In this document: positions 59,634 to 64,000 of the stretch, piece by piece | Layout of the letters: each line of letters begins with the position of its first letter | Numbering within the stretch: the first letter of the stretch is position 1 | Source: Fistulifera solaris | Lineage: Eukaryota | DNA length: 64,000 bases | Assembly: GCA_030295235.1 (NCBI GenBank) | Contig: AP026123.1 | Location: 2,542,001 to 2,606,000, forward strand | Direction: 5' to 3' | The notes under the pieces: generated by a model | Told to the model about the DNA's origin: nothing | The model's input: the letters and a program-made list of their open reading frames with translations, nothing else | Databases searched by the model: none | Position numbers and translations under genes: made by a program

Positions 59634-60039
59634 GTGATGTAAATATGCTATGCGTTTTTGTGATGCTATTCCAGCGGTGAAGAAGGAGAGCCGCAAATCC
59701 TTTAATGTAGCGCATTAATATCAACATAGACACGAGTCAAGAAACGCAAAGCTTATTGTATAGCTAGGAGTTGATTTCGACGTCTATAGAAAACAGGAGC
59801 AGCTGCTGATCTTTGAATTATCATCATTCAATTTATTTGGTGAGATCCGAAGACAATCGTTCTGAACTCATCATCGTTCCTTAACGTAACTCCTTGTCTT
59901 CATTTGGCATCGTTAAACGCACCTGTTAACACATTCACAAATAAAGTTCATGCATAAAATGAATACGTTATCTTTATCGGAATCTTACTCTAATAATCGA
60001 TTCCGCCGTTTATGCCTCTTAAAGAGCAGCACTGGTCGC

Positions 60040-61789
60040 TCAGGCGGCCTCTTCCATTCCATCTTCCACGTACTTGAGAATGTTCTGCAAGAAGCGATCC
60101 ACGACGCGCGTCTGATTGACAACATCCGTCCGGTTCATCTGTTCCAAAGGCTTTTCCGACAGTTCACTCAAATGCTCCGTGAACTTCTCCAACATCTCTT
60201 GATGATACTCAAATCGATCACGCGTCAAACTGTTCGCAGGTTCGTGCTCGAAAGCATAATAAGCATACACATACGTGTACTTCAAAACACGACGGCATTC
60301 AACCAACAACTCGTTGGCGACTTTCAAAAACTCGACATCGCTCCACTTGGCAGTTACTTTCGATGAGGACAATTCCTGCCATTGAATCATGCGCTGTTCC
60401 GTTTCTCGCAACTGCTTGAGCGCGAATTTCTGCCCCTCCTCGTGTGCGTGGTAGCGTTTGTAGTAATGCAAGTAACGATTGAGTTGACGGCGGGCCGCGT
60501 CTGTGTCACTAGATCCACCTTCCTGAGAAGCGTCGTACTTGTTGCACTTGTAATAGCCTCCCGTGTTGGCATCATGTTCACGCCAGTCTCCCATACAAAT
60601 CCAGCAGAACTCGTGTCGACATTTCTGACAAGTCATGTGGTTGCATCCATTGTTCTTTTCGATGCGGGTGACACAACTGGGACATTCTTTGGTGTTGGCA
60701 AGTATCCAGTTGGCCGTTTCACTTTCGTCACGACACTTGTCGTGCCATACCTGCAGACTGCGACAGGGCACGGGACGGTGAGGTTCATTGTGTCCACACA
60801 TCATGCAAAAGCGCGTGTCACAATGATCACAGTGCGCCAATCCAATAGCAGCATCCATCGCCGACGCTGTCGGTGCCCAAGCGATGCGCTCGCAACCCGG
60901 ACCCGGGCACCACCGAGTCAATGTATTCGCTTCCACAAATGCTTTGAGTTGAAACTGTTGGTATTTATTCCACAAATTCGGATGCGACTGCTCCAAGGCC
61001 GGCTGGATTTCATCTTGTGTGACCACTTCCGGACATCCTGCATGAGGACAGGTGCTCGACGCACGTCCTTCGTGTTGCACGAGATTCACAGCAAAATCTG
61101 TCCAACAATCTCCACAAAAAGCGTGTCCACACGGCATGGCTTTCAAGGGTGATGTGGGCGAAGCATCTTCCATACAAATGGGACACATGTCGGCGGCCGA
61201 TGCTTCCGGATTTTGATTTCCCGAACAACGATGATAAACTCCTGCTCGTTTCCAGATCGTTTCCGGATCATCATTCGTATAACTCTCCATCAATCGTTCT
61301 TTCGAGAATTGATAGGACTGCAACAATGCCATGGCGGTAGCCTGCGAAACACCGAGCATTTCCGTGACTTCATCGCAACGCTGCTGCAATGTCGGCCACA
61401 ATTCGGATGTTTTCATCATGCGAATCGTCGCAGTCGTCGGTGAGGAAGGTACTGCTGCTGTGAAAGGTTGTAAGAATGGTTTGTGAGTGATTACTTGTTC
61501 CAAGAACATGAGTTGCTGCGGACTGTGTGCTCTTCTCGCCAGCCCGTGCGCTCTTACTTCCCTCTCTTCAATCAATCGAAAACAGTTTTTGAGTCAAAAG
61601 AAACGTACCCGTGTAAAAAGAAGACTGTACCGGAGCCGCATTGGGATTTTCGAGTGCCATGGCTTCCTTCTCGTCCGGATCCAGCGAAGTATCGTCGTCT
61701 TCGTCATCGTCATTTTGACTCATAAAGACATCATTGTCATCTTCATCCGACGAATAGGCATAATATTCATTCTCGTCTGACATGCTCAT
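60040..61789 (-). CDS. ARIH1: Ariadne-family RBR E3 ubiquitin ligase
   Basis: Acidic N-terminus, RING1 CPIC..CGHAFCGDCW, IBR WCPGPGC, RING2 TKECPSC..IEKNNGCNHMTC..C.HEFCWICM, Ariadne domain RYLHYYKRY. Probable intron ~61457-61608. Confidence 0.93.
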
Positions 61790-63832
61790 GTTTGAAATAT
61801 GTTATTCGATGAAAAGGAATCAAAGAAACTGGAATTAAGGCAAGCTGCTCGTACGATTCCGGGTCGCTTCTCACTATCTTTCTTGTGTATGACACGTCTG
61901 TTGTTAGCGCTTGCCTTCTCTGCGTTCTTCTTTTTTCTATCTTTTCACGAAAAATGAATCACTTGAATGACAAGACCAGCAAGAAAGGAAGTTGTATTTG
62001 TATAACAGAAACCTTTCGTTGCGTCGAATAAGATAAGTGTCATCGTTCGTTTGGTCGCAAAAAAAGCGCAGCGCGGCGCCGAGCAGCGGCGAGAACATCC
62101 CTCCAAAGAACAAGAGACAAGTCACAGTGCGACTTTAACCATGCTAACTATTTAGCTGTCTACATATATTCTGTAAAAGTACCAATGATCACACCACTTT
62201 ATTTTGAGGTCTATGGTCTATGGGGGAACCCCTAAGGACGTCCTTAGGAACCCCATCGTGAGACGTGAGAATCAGAAGTAGCGTAGAATTTCTACGTTCT
62301 TTTCGTACCGAAATTCCGGGTTATTTTTGCTTACAACGTTCAAATCACCACTTTACGCTCACAAACTATTGATAACGAAAAGGACAGATTAAAGCCATAA
62401 CAAAGTCAACAAAGTAAAAAAATCCTTTACATCAGTTACCGCTTAGTTGTTTAGATCACGGTGCTAAACAGGAATTTTACTGGGAACCTTTGTGCGAGCC
62501 AAGCATCAGCAAGATAACATCTACCACCGTTTCACGAGGCACATGCCCTCGTTCAGAGCAAAACTGAATTATCACTAGCGTTTGCGCACACCGACTGCTT
62601 GTGCAATAACATTTTTCAAAATCTCAAAAGGTGTATGATTGTAGCATATTGTTTCTTTCTCATGGGAGTCTCTACCGTGCAATGGCGACAGAAGTGGCGA
62701 TTCAGGTCTATGGGCACAGGAGGCCGTAGTTTGACGCTTCGTAGTGCATCATAAGTTTTGTAACTGCTCTTTCATCGAACTTCTGCTTCTGCGACTTGTC
62801 GAGTAATAAGATTCAACTTGCACATTATGACCCCATTGCCTCGCCAATGCAAACAGAATGACTTGAGTTCTGCTGATGAAAGCAGTTAGGTCTCAACCAC
62901 TTCGAAGCAGCAGTGTATTGTAAAAATGATCTTTTTCCTCTATACCGTCTATTCTTTCCAAGACAGCCTATCGTATTCAACAGCATTAACAGTTGCTCTC
63001 TTGACTGACTTGCCGAGCTTTTCATCCGGGTATCAGTATCGAGAGTTCTTTGCAAGTGAAGGCATTTGCGTAAATTTCCCAATGACGACTGCGAAAATAC
63101 GATACGCGCGTCAACACCCTCTTTGCTTGACCAGTTTATTGTAGAGGTGAATGGAGAAACAGTACATCAACAACCACGTCCTGCATATTATCGAGAACAA
63201 CGCCGTCACAGCCTCGTAAGCTGTCATGACGTCGGAGCCTTTGCGGTGCATCTACGCTAAGTGATCGACTTAATTTGTGATCGCTCGCTAAGCAAAGAGA
63301 ATATTTTCGTGGATTGCGGGCGTAATAACTGTTAACATTAGCAATGATCTTTGAATGCAACAACATGGTGAAATTGTGGTGAATTCAAATGGCAGTTTGA
63401 TTTTTGAAGCCGACGCAAGGCTTTTGTCTATTTCAAAAACGTGTTACTACACATTTCGTCATAGTTAAAGTTTTGTACCAGTGCTACGGCCGAGGCTACG
63501 GCACTTCTGATTTTTCACCATGGGGTTCCCCCATTGCCCATTGTGCACCAATGCCAATGTCGTCTTCTCTGACATGGACAATTCGTACCATTTAAGGATA
63601 ATCGACATCGAGTTAACAGCAATACGTGAAAATACTAAACTAATGCAACGCCTCGAATGTTTACGTAAAATTCACGTAGCGCTTTTACTGGTATGAACAT
63701 TTGGACAAAAATGATACTCCGGAGTAGAAATGTATGCACAGTATTTATTTTTAACTTTCAAGGCTTTAAGGGGTTACAGGTCTCATTTGAAACGCAACAA
63801 AATCGAAAAGCTTTCAGATCGTCGACTGGATC

Positions 63833-63883
63833 ACTATAGGATCAATGTGTTGGTTCTAGGCGACCGCGACTGAATTCCAGTCA
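63833..63883 (+). repeat. dispersed repeat family, single core
   Basis: actataggatcaatgtgttggttctaggcgaccgcgactgaattccagtca. Confidence 0.75.
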
Positions 63884-64000
63884 GGCTCCAGGCTCCAAAA
63901 GGGAGTGGCGATCAGCTATGCCACAAATGATCGTACAACGGGTATAATAATCAATGCTAAGAATTTTATGGGTGTCAAAGTAGATTACTTCTGTCATTTG

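Noticed and set aside
60382..61152. 256-aa plus-strand ORF (similar cases at 23210-23803, 28292-28882, 53986-54453)
   Set aside because: Antisense shadows of well-supported genes.

Overview
Compact eukaryotic nuclear DNA, most likely from a pennate diatom; the species cannot be determined from the sequence. The evidence is dense genes, few short GT-AG introns, bipartite signal+AF presequences, and families known to be expanded in diatoms (class C GPCR with a periplasmic-binding ectodomain, HSF, AAA/STAND-TPR). About 30 protein-coding loci can be recognised. Many carry single-base frameshifts at homopolymer runs, which points to an imperfectly polished long-read assembly rather than real pseudogenes. 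The most striking unexplained structure is a ~220-245 bp intergenic repeat family with a conserved ~55 bp core ending in a GACTG-N5-CAGTC palindrome. It occurs at about 9 loci as single copies or 2-3-mers, and it is amplified into a dimeric satellite at 11.8-13.6 kb next to a G22 run and a THAP-like ORF. Other oddities: a second palindrome-rich higher-order array (31.8-33.1 kb) containing an 8-bp-TSD micro-insertion; two pairs of small motif-sharing ORFs (EEDDG C-terminus; ILxEAL); a Cys-less LOV-like PAS protein with SFASPESDF repeats; a two-Cys small Tim; and tandem ARM and STAND-TPR paralog pairs. No rRNA, tRNA or CRISPR array was recognised. All calls come from reading motifs by eye, with no database search.
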